Of a DNA stretch of 64,000 bases, positions 42,296 through 51,211 are shown in pieces. Position numbers and translations under genes: made by a program. Origin of the DNA: a virus (lineage: Duplodnaviria; Caudoviricetes); IMG/VR virus record IMGVR_UViG_3300027860_000004, positions 32,001 to 96,000 of that record; one strand, written 5' to 3'. The notes beneath the pieces are model-generated. The model ran no database searches. It had not been told where the DNA came from and worked only from the letters and a program-made list of their open reading frames with translations. Each line of letters begins with the position of its first letter. Position 1 is the first letter of the stretch.

Positions 42296-42601
42296 ATGAC
42301 TGCTAATAATAATAAAACAGTTTGGGTTGTTGAATATCGAGAAATAGATGCAGTAGATAATTGTGTTGCACATATTGCTTCAACAAAATCTAAAGCTATT
42401 AAATTTATATTAGATAATCCCAATTTTAGCACAATAGAAACTAAATGGTATTGGTGGTTAGCAGAATATAATGTTGATTCTAATGATACCGTTTTTCCTT
42501 TTGATTTTAGCACGTATGTTTCACGTAATGGCTTTGAATCAAAAGAATTATGGCAAGTTTTAAATAATAATACACCCAAGAAAGTAAAAAATGAAGAATA
42601 A
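42296..42601 (+). CDS. hypothetical protein
   Basis: 101 aa. Confidence 0.55.
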   Translation: MTANNNKTVWVVEYREIDAVDNCVAHIASTKSKAIKFILDNPNFSTIETKWYWWLAEYNVDSNDTVFPFDFSTYVSRNGFESKELWQVLNNNTPKKVKNEE

Positions 42602-42779
42602 AGAAGATTTTAATTATGTAATTGCTCGTCAATGGGAATCTGGAGCTTTAAATTGTTATGCTTATCATACTCAAGTTAAATTTGGTAATCAAGAAGATGC
42701 TGAATATTTCTTGAATTATGTTAAAGAACAAGAGCCAAATTATGAATGGAGAATTATTAAACTTAAATGGGATGAATAA
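42591..42779 (+). CDS. hypothetical protein
   Basis: 62 aa, coupled. Confidence 0.5.
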   Translation: MKNKEDFNYVIARQWESGALNCYAYHTQVKFGNQEDAEYFLNYVKEQEPNYEWRIIKLKWDE

Positions 42780-43099
42780 TGTCAAAATTAAATACAATCA
42801 AAGTTAGTTTTGTTGACATAATGCCCGAAAAATTAGAAAATGGCATCGTTTATATTTCTGAAAAATTTGCTTTGGCAATTCATAAATGTTGTTGTGGAGA
42901 ATGTGGCTGGGAAACGGTAATGCCTTTTAATTTACCAAATTGTGATAGCCAAGCAAAAAATCCACATGCATGGGAAATAATATTGAAAAAAACAGAAGGC
43001 GCAGAAGATATTGTATCTTTCACGCCTTCAATTGGTAATTTTCAATATCCGTGTAAATCACATTACTACATTACAGATAATAATATTATTTGGATTTAA
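42779..43099 (+). CDS. DUF6527-like protein
   Basis: HKCCCG.CG..P..W..TPSIGN..CKSHYYI..I.W. Confidence 0.7.
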   Translation: MSKLNTIKVSFVDIMPEKLENGIVYISEKFALAIHKCCCGECGWETVMPFNLPNCDSQAKNPHAWEIILKKTEGAEDIVSFTPSIGNFQYPCKSHYYITDNNIIWI

Positions 43100-43917
43100 G
43101 GAATAGAATTTATAGTTACATAAACAAATAATGAAAAAGGAAATTGCAAACTAACAGGTGTATCTGTTAAAAATTGAAAATCTAAATTAATTGCTGTGGT
43201 ACTTATCGGTACAATTAAGGTTGAATTTGAAGTATATGGTAAACCAAGATTAGTTAATGGATTAACATAACTTGTTGATTCAGAAGTAAAAACCGGAACA
43301 GAACCGCCATTATAAAATTGTGTTTGGAATTGTATAAATTCAACAGAAGATTCAATCGTAACATCACTACAAAAAGCTTGGACTATACATTCTAAATTTT
43401 GGTCGGTACAACCTTCTGGTACTGGTGGCGGAACTATTTGTAAAGATGCTTGAGGTGATGAAACTACACTTGCAGTTATTCCTCCGCTTGCAAATCTTTC
43501 AGTAATGGAAATACCTCCAGCAAAAAAATAACTATTTGTATTTTGACTACCAAATACAAATACATGACTTCCTAAATATCTAGATACTATATGAGAACTG
43601 CCGCTGTTGCTTCCACTATTATTACTACTAGTTTGAGGAGGATTAATTGAAATAACAATAGTATTTCCAATAGCATATCCAGTAGAAAAATAAAAATTAC
43701 CTGTTGGAGCGCCAGAACCACTAAACGTAATATAATAATTATTTGATATATTTAATGATAATACTGAAGTAGAAATTTCATTGTTATTTACTGTTTTTGT
43801 ATCTAATAAAGTATTATTTTCGCCATCATAAATTTTAGCAGTTGTACCATTAGGAATAACTGATTGATTAATGTCACTAGACGCAAAATTTACAAAGAGA
43901 AGCGTAAAAGTAGACAT
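43096..43917 (-). CDS. putative virion fibre/decoration protein
   Basis: S/T/N-rich beta protein with the shared N-terminal domain; AAGGA SD. Confidence 0.55.
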   Translation of the reverse strand: MSTFTLLFVNFASSDINQSVIPNGTTAKIYDGENNTLLDTKTVNNNEISTSVLSLNISNNYYITFSGSGAPTGNFYFSTGYAIGNTIVISINPPQTSSNNSGSNSGSSHIVSRYLGSHVFVFGSQNTNSYFFAGGISITERFASGGITASVVSSPQASLQIVPPPVPEGCTDQNLECIVQAFCSDVTIESSVEFIQFQTQFYNGGSVPVFTSESTSYVNPLTNLGLPYTSNSTLIVPISTTAINLDFQFLTDTPVSLQFPFSLFVYVTINSIP

Positions 43918-43944
43918 TTTGTTATTCCTTTAAAAATAAATTTA

Positions 43945-45165
43945 TTAATTATTAAATACACCAAAAGGTGTTACTTTAACAACAACTGAAGGAATACTAA
44001 TTGAAGTGGCACTTGAATCAGCATAACCAAATTGTACAGGAATACTTGATGGTATACTTGTTCCATTACCAATACAGGTTGAACCAGTAATACTATAAAT
44101 AACTTTTGAACCACTTGCGTATGTGTAAGTAGATGTTGTTGGTGCAAAAGATATAACCATAGTATCTACCGATGTAACACCATTAATACTGATTGTTGGT
44201 GTCGTTGTTGGAACACTTCCTAAAGTTAATTCTATGATTGCAGTTACTTCTACTAAAACATCAGCAATATCATTAAGATTTGGTGCAATAGAGGTGGCAT
44301 TAGTAACACCAAAAGCACTTGCTCCAGGTAGACTTAATGTTCCATTTCCACTAGTCCATGTAAGTTGACCACCGCCAGCGTTTGTAGAAGATGCACTATC
44401 ACTTTGGAACCAAGTTCCACCAACGATATTATTTGAACTAATACTAAAATTAGTGCCAAAATCAGCTAACAATCCTCTGGCATAATAACCATTAGATTGA
44501 AGTGCAGTTTGAGAAATATAATCAAATCCAGTTAAACTATTTCCAAATGTAACATAACTTCCACCAGGAATAGTAGAAGCATTACTAAAGGTTGGAGTTA
44601 CAGTTAATTCTGTAGAACTTGGAACAGCAGTAACAAGTACAATGGCATAAGCAGAAGTTGAAGAATATACAACCAATGCAGAACCAGGTAAAAATTGTGA
44701 ACTGTCAGTAACCATTAATGTTCCAGATACACCTAAACCAAAATTATCATCTTCAGCAGAAGGATTAATAGTTCCAGAAGTAAATGCAGGAAATACGGGA
44801 CTATATGCAGCCGTTGTTTTTACAGGAAGACTAGCAATTGCAGTTGATGTTGTTGCATTATACAAAGATGGAGGAAGAACAGAAACACTCAAATTATTCG
44901 CATTGTTTGCATAATAAAGGGTGCTAGTATTGAAAAAATATGTTCCACTAGGCGCACCAGAACCACTAAATTTTACAGAATATTCAGCAGGGCCAGCAGT
45001 AAGAACAACAGCAGTTGTTGGTGCTACCCCATTTTGAACGGTTTGAGTATCAACTAATTGATTTGAACCATTATAAATCATACAAGTAGAACCATCTGGT
45101 ACAACTGGTGTCTCGCTAGATGTAGCATAATTTATAAAATTTAATACGGTTGGTAAAACTGCCAT
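43945..45165 (-). CDS. putative virion fibre/decoration protein
   Basis: ATG 45165 with GAGGA SD; S/T/G-rich; shared N-terminal domain. Confidence 0.6.
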   Translation of the reverse strand: MAVLPTVLNFINYATSSETPVVPDGSTCMIYNGSNQLVDTQTVQNGVAPTTAVVLTAGPAEYSVKFSGSGAPSGTYFFNTSTLYYANNANNLSVSVLPPSLYNATTSTAIASLPVKTTAAYSPVFPAFTSGTINPSAEDDNFGLGVSGTLMVTDSSQFLPGSALVVYSSTSAYAIVLVTAVPSSTELTVTPTFSNASTIPGGSYVTFGNSLTGFDYISQTALQSNGYYARGLLADFGTNFSISSNNIVGGTWFQSDSASSTNAGGGQLTWTSGNGTLSLPGASAFGVTNATSIAPNLNDIADVLVEVTAIIELTLGSVPTTTPTISINGVTSVDTMVISFAPTTSTYTYASGSKVIYSITGSTCIGNGTSIPSSIPVQFGYADSSATSISIPSVVVKVTPFGVFNN

Positions 45166-45274
45166 TTTATATTCCTCTTTTAAAAAAGATATTCTACATA
45201 AAATTATGCAATATTCATAAAATTTTAACTTATAAATAGACAATTTTCTTACTTTACTATATAATCCATTTACT

Positions 45275-45595
45275 ATGAAAATATTCGCTATACAAAATCC
45301 AAAGAAAAAAATCATAAATAAATGGCATATTTTTTCACATCTTGAAGATAATATTTTATATAGACCAAACTCAACGGTTTATTATGCTTCGTGCGGTTCG
45401 AGTTATGAATATAATCCTAAACATGAAGATTCTATCTATACAAAATTTAAAATAAAACCGATTATACAAGAATATACCAAAGATGATGAAAAACTTCTTT
45501 GTCCATCCTGTGTAATGCAAGCATGGAAAAGTGGTATAATTATGGTAGTACCCGTACCAGAAAAAGATGAATTTTACAATGAAGACGACTATTGA
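45275..45595 (+). CDS. hypothetical protein
   Basis: TAGACA-17-TATAAT at 45237-45265, ATG 9 nt later. Confidence 0.55.
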   Translation: MKIFAIQNPKKKIINKWHIFSHLEDNILYRPNSTVYYASCGSSYEYNPKHEDSIYTKFKIKPIIQEYTKDDEKLLCPSCVMQAWKSGIIMVVPVPEKDEFYNEDDY

Positions 45596-45810
45596 TATTT
45601 CATGTCCAAATACGCATGGCTCTCAAGAAGATTGGAATGGATTTAAATGAAATATAAAAAACCAAAAGTTAAACCATATAAAGATGCAAAAGAACCTGAA
45701 AGGATTATTCTTTCTAGAAAATCAAAATTAATTTTGCATAATTTAAATCAAGATGTGCATGAATATTTAAAAGAAAATCCTGTGCCCGAAATAGAAGTGG
45801 AATAATAATA

Positions 45811-46335
45811 ATGAAACGTAATTTATTTTTAAAATCAACAGCCGCTACAGCAGGACTAGTAGCAATATCTCCTATAACTGCTTTAGCAAATAATAATAAA
45901 CCCTCAAAATTATTTGAAGGTATGTATAGAACAGAATATCAAGACCCTAATTCTTCTTATAAAGAATATTTAAAATATGATGTTTATTTTAATGATGAAA
46001 AATTAGACCTTTTATCTATCGTAAATGATAAAAGTAATATATATTTTTTAATTTCTGATGGAGAAAATGGGCACAAATTTTTGGAAACCGCAATAGATAA
46101 TCATGTTAATGTTTCTTTAGATATGGATTTTATTAAAAATAAAAAACTTAAAAATATTAAATGTTATTTATCAAAATTTATAGACCATACTAACAAGACA
46201 TATCATCCTTATTGGTTTTCAAATCAATATCCTTCTATGAAACTTCCTCTTAAAGGAATAAGCAATGATGGTGTTATCTTTGCAGAATATGTTGATATTT
46301 TTACCCCAATACCTAAAGGATATATACCAGATTAA
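45811..46335 (+). CDS. protein with a Tat-like signal peptide
   Basis: MKRNLFLK..AATAGLVA..ALA; paralog of the next gene. Confidence 0.6.
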   Translation: MKRNLFLKSTAATAGLVAISPITALANNNKPSKLFEGMYRTEYQDPNSSYKEYLKYDVYFNDEKLDLLSIVNDKSNIYFLISDGENGHKFLETAIDNHVNVSLDMDFIKNKKLKNIKCYLSKFIDHTNKTYHPYWFSNQYPSMKLPLKGISNDGVIFAEYVDIFTPIPKGYIPD

Positions 46336-46355
46336 TAATAATTTCTTAAAAGATT

Positions 46356-46880
46356 ATGAAAAATTTTAAATATTTAAATCAATTTTGTAAATTGACTGTC
46401 TCATCTTTATTTAAACAAAACAAAAAATATTCTGAATTATTTAAAGATTTGTTTGAAATAATACCTTGGGAAACCAAACATGTTTTTGGTAATAGTGAAA
46501 GACTAGCCTGGCATTTTTATTTTAATGATGAAGTTGTAAACGTTCTACCATTTACAAAATCAAATAGCTTTTGTTTTACAATGACAGATGGAGAAGGTGG
46601 CCATAAATTTTTAAAAACAGCAATTACAAATAATATAGTTGTAAAAACTGATATCACCTGGAAAATGAAAACAACACCTTATAAATTTACTACTGAAACT
46701 TATACAATGGGACAACTATTTGACCATAAAAATAAAACATATCAACCACATTGGATTTCAGAAAAAATTTTATCTATTGGTACAATTGTTTATCCAGGTT
46801 ATGAATTTGCTAAAATGACAAACTCTATTCCAGAAAATTATAAACCAGTTGATTGGAAGACAAATACCTTCGTTATCTAA
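46356..46880 (+). CDS. paralog of 45811-46335 without signal peptide
   Basis: shared YFNDE, DGE.GHKFL.TAI.N, DH.NKTY.P.W.S. Confidence 0.6.
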   Translation: MKNFKYLNQFCKLTVSSLFKQNKKYSELFKDLFEIIPWETKHVFGNSERLAWHFYFNDEVVNVLPFTKSNSFCFTMTDGEGGHKFLKTAITNNIVVKTDITWKMKTTPYKFTTETYTMGQLFDHKNKTYQPHWISEKILSIGTIVYPGYEFAKMTNSIPENYKPVDWKTNTFVI

Positions 46881-47437
46881 TTTTTACTATCAGATGAATA
46901 AAAATAAAAATTATTCTTCAACCAACTATCCATTTCAATAGCCTTATCAGATGCACCATCATAATCAATCTTCCGAAATAAATCACGTAAAGATAAGCCA
47001 TAACGATATAACCAAGGGTCATGAGGATATTTAATAGCCCAATCCATAAATGAATCCTCTACCCAAATAGCCTTATTAAAAAGATAATGTCCATCATTAG
47101 GATAACCATAATCAGCACGAATATTTAAATCCTTTAACTCATTCCTAATCCCTAATATGGACTTCTTCATATGACCAAAATATGCATCCGCAGCAGCCAT
47201 ATCAGATAAATGAGAATTGTTAGTAGTAGTTGTTTCTTGGGCTAAAACCTTATTGCTTGTCAAAAATTCTAAACAGAAAAATATAGCAATAAGTGTAGTA
47301 ATAAAAATAACAACGACTTTTTTTGTTCTTTTCAAAATTTCCCTTCCCTTTCTACGGGCAATATAATAAATACCATAAACATTGACTATTGTCAATAGAA
47401 GAATAATAATAAGAAGAAGAAGAAGAAGAAATATCAA
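46877..47437 (-). CDS. exported or membrane protein (start uncertain)
   Basis: hydrophobic N-terminus; AD.YFG.MK.SILGIRNEL..W..KYP.DPWL. Confidence 0.55.
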   Translation of the reverse strand: MIFLLLLLLIIILLLTIVNVYGIYYIARRKGREILKRTKKVVVIFITTLIAIFFCLEFLTSNKVLAQETTTTNNSHLSDMAAADAYFGHMKKSILGIRNELKDLNIRADYGYPNDGHYLFNKAIWVEDSFMDWAIKYPHDPWLYRYGLSLRDLFRKIDYDGASDKAIEMDSWLKNNFYFYSSDSKN

Positions 47438-47649
47438 TATGCCCTACATACATCAAACAAAACGTCATAATCATCATGAAATAGGAAAAATCTATAAAGT
47501 AGAATTTAACCCGGATATTACAAAAGAAGAAGAAGAAGAAGAAGAAATATCAATATGCCCTACATACATCAAACAAAACGTCATAATCATCATGAAATAG
47601 GAAAAATCTATAAAGTAGAATTTAACCCGGATATTACAAAAGAAGAAGA
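47411..47649 (+). repeat. 116-bp tandem duplication bounded by (GAA)n
   Basis: 47411-47533 is identical to 47527-47649. Confidence 0.95.
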
Positions 47650-47839
47650 GAAAAAACAAAAATTACTCATAGATGAATATTATTACTATGACCAAGAACA
47701 AGGTAAAGTCTTAATAGATGAAGAGTCCTTCTATAAGAAGAAAAAGGTGGTAGAACAAGAACCATCATCATCACTATTATCCTTTGAAGAAAAATTCCAT
47801 CAATTTAAAACCAAAAATAATACACATAACAAAAAATGA
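47555..47839 (+). CDS. hypothetical protein; its 5' end is duplicated at 47439
   Basis: 94 aa. Confidence 0.5.
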   Translation: MPYIHQTKRHNHHEIGKIYKVEFNPDITKEEEKKQKLLIDEYYYYDQEQGKVLIDEESFYKKKKVVEQEPSSSLLSFEEKFHQFKTKNNTHNKK

Positions 47840-48087
47840 CATTAAAAACAGAAGATTTAATAATAGACCAAACCTCTCTTGTCCATGTAGACCCACATAA
47901 TAGAACCCCTAAATCTATTGTATTTGTAGTTAAAGAAATCTTTAAATCTCAAGATGATGAAAAAGTTTATGTCAATGGTAATTTTGTAGGATGGGTACTC
48001 TTGTCTTCATGTTATGATATCTATGATTTATGTGAAGTAGAAATTACAAAAGGTATTAAAAAAGCCGTTTCTAAAAAAATTTCATAA
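47836..48087 (+). CDS. hypothetical protein, last of the AT-rich block
   Basis: ATGA coupling. Confidence 0.55.
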   Translation: MTLKTEDLIIDQTSLVHVDPHNRTPKSIVFVVKEIFKSQDDEKVYVNGNFVGWVLLSSCYDIYDLCEVEITKGIKKAVSKKIS

Positions 48088-48305
48088 GAGAAAAAAAGAC
48101 CGGGGTATTTTTAGAAAATCCTATTCGGCGATGCCGGAATTGAAAAAGCCTATACCCGATTTTTGAAAAATTTGCATATAGAGAAAATAGGCTTGGCTCT
48201 TTACGGCATAGGGCATAGCATCAGGATTTACCCCCCCTCCTCTTTACAAAAATTTTACAGAGAAATGTCAAGTCTTTTTTGTAAAGAAATCTATGTATTA
48301 TACAC

Positions 48306-48340
48306 AATAAAAGAGGGAGGACCTTTCGGCCCTCCCCTTT
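48306..48340 (-). terminator. terminator closing the cassette array
   Basis: GGGAGG-N10-CCTCCC hairpin with a U-rich tail on the minus strand. Confidence 0.7.
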
Positions 48341-48346
48341 GTGCTT

Positions 48347-49015
48347 TTACTTATCGAATCCTGGCACGACCCATTCAATGTGGGCCGTGCGCGCTTGCTT
48401 TGATTCGTTGGGGGTCACGACGGCGTAGAGGGTGCCCGAATGGTCCGGCTGGTCGGAGACATAGATGCGACCCCCGTAGCGGGCACGAAGGGCGTTCGGC
48501 CCGTCGCTACGTGCGCCGCGCGTCACGGCATTGGGTTGATAGCGAATGAAGAGGGTTTCCTCCGAAGCCTGGGCCAAGCGCGCAGCCTGTTTGGCAGCAT
48601 ATTCGATGGCCTCGGTAAGGGCCTCCCCGTTGACGTCATCCTCCGTGACCAGGACCGGCATTTGGAGGAACCGTTGCTTTTGGGCCGGTTCACCGCAGGG
48701 GAGGATACCCTGGGCTTGAACCTCGGGGGATTCTTTAACTTCCGCTTCTTCCTTCTCGGTCATCGGACGGCGCAGGGCCGCGACGGCGATATATCCCGCC
48801 ACGGGGTCCCGGTCATACGCCTCGCGCATAAGTTTAACCATCCCGACCGAGGAAACGACCTCCTCAAAGGACCGGCGTAACTTCGCGCCACGGCCGGTCC
48901 GGTTCAGGGTGGCCTCATATGCTGCCCGCAGGGCGATGGTCATGTTCGTGACGCGAACGCCAAGCGCGACCTGTGCAGGGGTGGGGGCGGTGGTGACTTT
49001 TTGCATCGTTTCCAT
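48347..49015 (-). CDS. hypothetical early protein
   Basis: own promoter TTGACA-17-TATAAT-6-ATG. Confidence 0.8.
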   Translation of the reverse strand: METMQKVTTAPTPAQVALGVRVTNMTIALRAAYEATLNRTGRGAKLRRSFEEVVSSVGMVKLMREAYDRDPVAGYIAVAALRRPMTEKEEAEVKESPEVQAQGILPCGEPAQKQRFLQMPVLVTEDDVNGEALTEAIEYAAKQAARLAQASEETLFIRYQPNAVTRGARSDGPNALRARYGGRIYVSDQPDHSGTLYAVVTPNESKQARTAHIEWVVPGFDK

Positions 49016-49046
49016 GTTCTAATTATATCGAATTAGAAGGGTTATG

Positions 49047-49193
49047 TCAAACCGCTTGCGCGATATTGACGTAAGCGAAAGCAATCATTTTGCCTCGCGA
49101 ATTGTTGAGGGTCACTTGGAGGCACCCTTCGCCCCAGGGGGTAAAGGTGCAATAGTAGCCGCGCTTGATGGTGAAGTTCTTAAACGGTTCCAT
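49047..49193 (-). CDS. 48-aa protein MEPFKNFTIKRGYYC... (not in ORF track)
   Basis: TTGACA-17-TATAAT-6-ATG; TGA stop lies inside the next -35. Confidence 0.75.
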   Translation of the reverse strand: MEPFKNFTIKRGYYCTFTPWGEGCLQVTLNNSRGKMIAFAYVNIAQAV

Positions 49194-49229
49194 GTCCTGA
49201 TTATACAGAACAGAAGGGGTTATGTCAAA

Positions 49230-49297
49230 TACATTAAAAAGGGAATACCTCGCATTCTCACTTCCTTCGCCCTACGGCGGGAAGGGGACCAACCTTC
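49230..49297 (-). ncRNA. candidate ~70-nt small RNA
   Basis: consensus promoter 49304-49332, no start codon at +1, three hairpins then U5. Confidence 0.55.
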
Positions 49298-49328
49298 CCG
49301 CTTATTATAGAGTTAAAGGGTCGTTTTG

Positions 49329-49937
49329 TCAAATGGCCCCGCAGGGGTAATGGGTTGTCCTGGTCATCGGCGCGCACCCATAGGCGACCAGAACACCAGA
49401 GAAGGCCCGTTCTGAATCCGTTAGGCCATCCAAACCGATTTGGTGGGGTTTGCGGCGTCCTTTGTGTTGGCCCTCTTTGTAGGCCCGTTTTTGGGCCTTC
49501 TTGTCGATACGTTGGGCCGCAAGGTCCGCTTCCAATTCTGCAAGGTGGGCCGCTTCCTCCTGGTCCTCTTCGACGGGAGCGGTTTGGGGAGCGGGTTTGA
49601 CGGCGGACGCAATTTGACGAGAATACTTCGCCAATTTTCGGGCAACGAAGCGCGCTTGCTTCGGGGTTAAGGTTTGATACTTTTCGGAACCTTCCGCAAT
49701 ATCGGAGAGAATTTGCGCGTCGGTGCCATTGAACCCGGTTCCGTTATTATAGGCTGTCGCTTGGGCCATTTGTTCATCGGCCGTTTGGTTCGCATAAACG
49801 ACTCGGAGCGCGCGGTACGTTACCTTCCGTTGAAACGGGTTGATAAGGGTCGGTTCCGTTTGTGCAACTTCTTGCAGGAAGGATTTAATACCTTCTTGTG
49901 TTTTGAGGTCATGCACGGTCGTCGTCGTGTTATTCAT
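49329..49937 (-). CDS. conserved phage hypothetical protein
   Basis: QTADEQ..NG.GF...DA..L..LT.KQ..KY.RQ motif; leaderless promoter. Confidence 0.8.
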   Translation of the reverse strand: MNNTTTTVHDLKTQEGIKSFLQEVAQTEPTLINPFQRKVTYRALRVVYANQTADEQMAQATAYNNGTGFNGTDAQILSDIAEGSEKYQTLTPKQARFVARKLAKYSRQIASAVKPAPQTAPVEEDQEEAAHLAELEADLAAQRIDKKAQKRAYKEGQHKGRRKPHQIGLDGLTDSERAFSGVLVAYGCAPMTRTTHYPCGAI

Positions 49938-49974
49938 AACCTAATTATACATATTAGGTGGAGTTATTGCAAAT

Positions 49975-50295
49975 GAGGTTCCCCCAAAGTGACCAACCTC
50001 GGGAGAACCTCTTTGCGCCTAATCAATACACTTGAAGAGAGGTTTTGCTTTTCTTTCGTTTTTTCTTTCGTTAGTGTCTAACCTTGTCGGATTCGGCGCG
50101 CAGTTCGCCTATCTCATACATTCAAGGTTTAAGACTCTAGGTGATTCGCTTTCTCCTTTCTTTTGGAGGAGACTCGACAAGGGCCAAGGTTACTCAGGGG
50201 AGGTGAACGTATCCCGCTAGTTCCTTGTCTCTTTCAAACCCTTGTCGATATACGTCGTAGGTGTATTCCTACGTTCCGCTTTCTCCTACCCTTTA
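49975..50295 (-). ncRNA. candidate structured RNA in a ~320-nt gap without a convincing ORF
   Basis: nested inverted repeats 50167-50172/50282-50287, 50174-50183/50239-50248, 50256-50261/50268-50273. Confidence 0.45.
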
Positions 50296-50298
50296 AGT

Positions 50299-50568
50299 TT
50301 AATGCTTTTCGGGAGTTATGTCAAATGTCGAAGCGTAATACTTCTTTCCGACCGTATACGTTTCATAGGCGAGGCCATCGAAGTAATCGGCCAAGGAACA
50401 GAATCCTAGCCCGAAGTCTACAAGTAGCCAAAGGTCCGACTCCATGAAGTAAAGGCCCATACATTCGCAAATATCGCGCACGTACACTTCTCCGGTGAAG
50501 AGGAGACGGAGCGCATTGTTGATGAGAAGGAAGGTGATAACTTTGAAGAGGTCGCAGTAAAGTTTCAT
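50299..50568 (-). CDS. hypothetical protein (start moved to MKLYC)
   Basis: TTGACA-17-TATGCT-7-ATG. Confidence 0.7.
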   Translation of the reverse strand: MKLYCDLFKVITFLLINNALRLLFTGEVYVRDICECMGLYFMESDLWLLVDFGLGFCSLADYFDGLAYETYTVGKKYYASTFDITPEKH

Positions 50569-50611
50569 CTTCGTTAGCATACACCTTTCAATTTATTATG
50601 TCAAATGCCTT

Positions 50612-50776
50612 TTAGTCGGCAACCTTTACGCGAGCGTTGCGACGATGGTTCTTGTATTTGCCTTTCCCGCGCTTCTTATTGTAGGGGGAGTGCCAATCTT
50701 CGTGATACATCGTTCCGCGCTTGGTTTTGCGCGAGACTTCCAATTCGTAACGGAGGTTTGCTTCTCGAACATCCAT
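50612..50776 (-). CDS. 54-aa basic protein (not in ORF track)
   Basis: TTGCAT-17-TATACT-6-ATG; MDVREANL..NKKRGKGKYKNHRR. Confidence 0.75.
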   Translation of the reverse strand: MDVREANLRYELEVSRKTKRGTMYHEDWHSPYNKKRGKGKYKNHRRNARVKVAD

Positions 50777-50863
50777 GCGTTAAGTATAAACCTTCTTTTT
50801 AGTTAATGCAAACCAAGAGGAGGGGGTTCTATTTATTATAGTGCAAGAAAAGAGAAAGGACCC

Positions 50864-51175
50864 CTACCCTCGGGGGTCCGCTATTTCTCCCTTTTGGATG
50901 AGGTAGTCCGTCATTAGGTCCCCCGTAGACTTGAAGGGCGGAACATATGTCCGGTATGCTTCTCGACCCTCTTCCATCCAAGCGTCATAGCCATCTTGGT
51001 CGAGGATTGCATCGCATCGCATACAGGAGAGGAAACGGCCCTCATCGGTGGCATCATCACGCTTAATCGGTTTCTTCGGGTTGCCATACTCGAACTTTTC
51101 CATCGCGCAATCGACGCAGAGGCGTCTCTCGGATTGGTCGCTGTTGACTCGGTAGCCAACGATATCGTTTTCCAT
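50864..51175 (-). CDS. Zn-finger-like protein
   Basis: CVDC..CMRC; leaderless promoter. Confidence 0.75.
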   Translation of the reverse strand: MENDIVGYRVNSDQSERRLCVDCAMEKFEYGNPKKPIKRDDATDEGRFLSCMRCDAILDQDGYDAWMEEGREAYRTYVPPFKSTGDLMTDYLIQKGEIADPRG

Positions 51176-51211
51176 GTCCTAACTATACACCTAACTTTTG
51201 GTTATTGCAAG

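Noticed and set aside
36592-45165. Diversity-generating retroelement acting on the fibre-like genes
   Set aside because: No reverse transcriptase and no template/variable repeat pair seen in the window
47381-47396. Palindrome ATTGAC-tatt-GTCAAT as a divergent promoter pair
   Set aside because: No convincing -10 at 17 bp on either strand
1-48100. Alternative genetic code (stop-codon reassignment)
   Set aside because: Capsid, portal, terminase and ligase genes are intact and densely packed in the standard code
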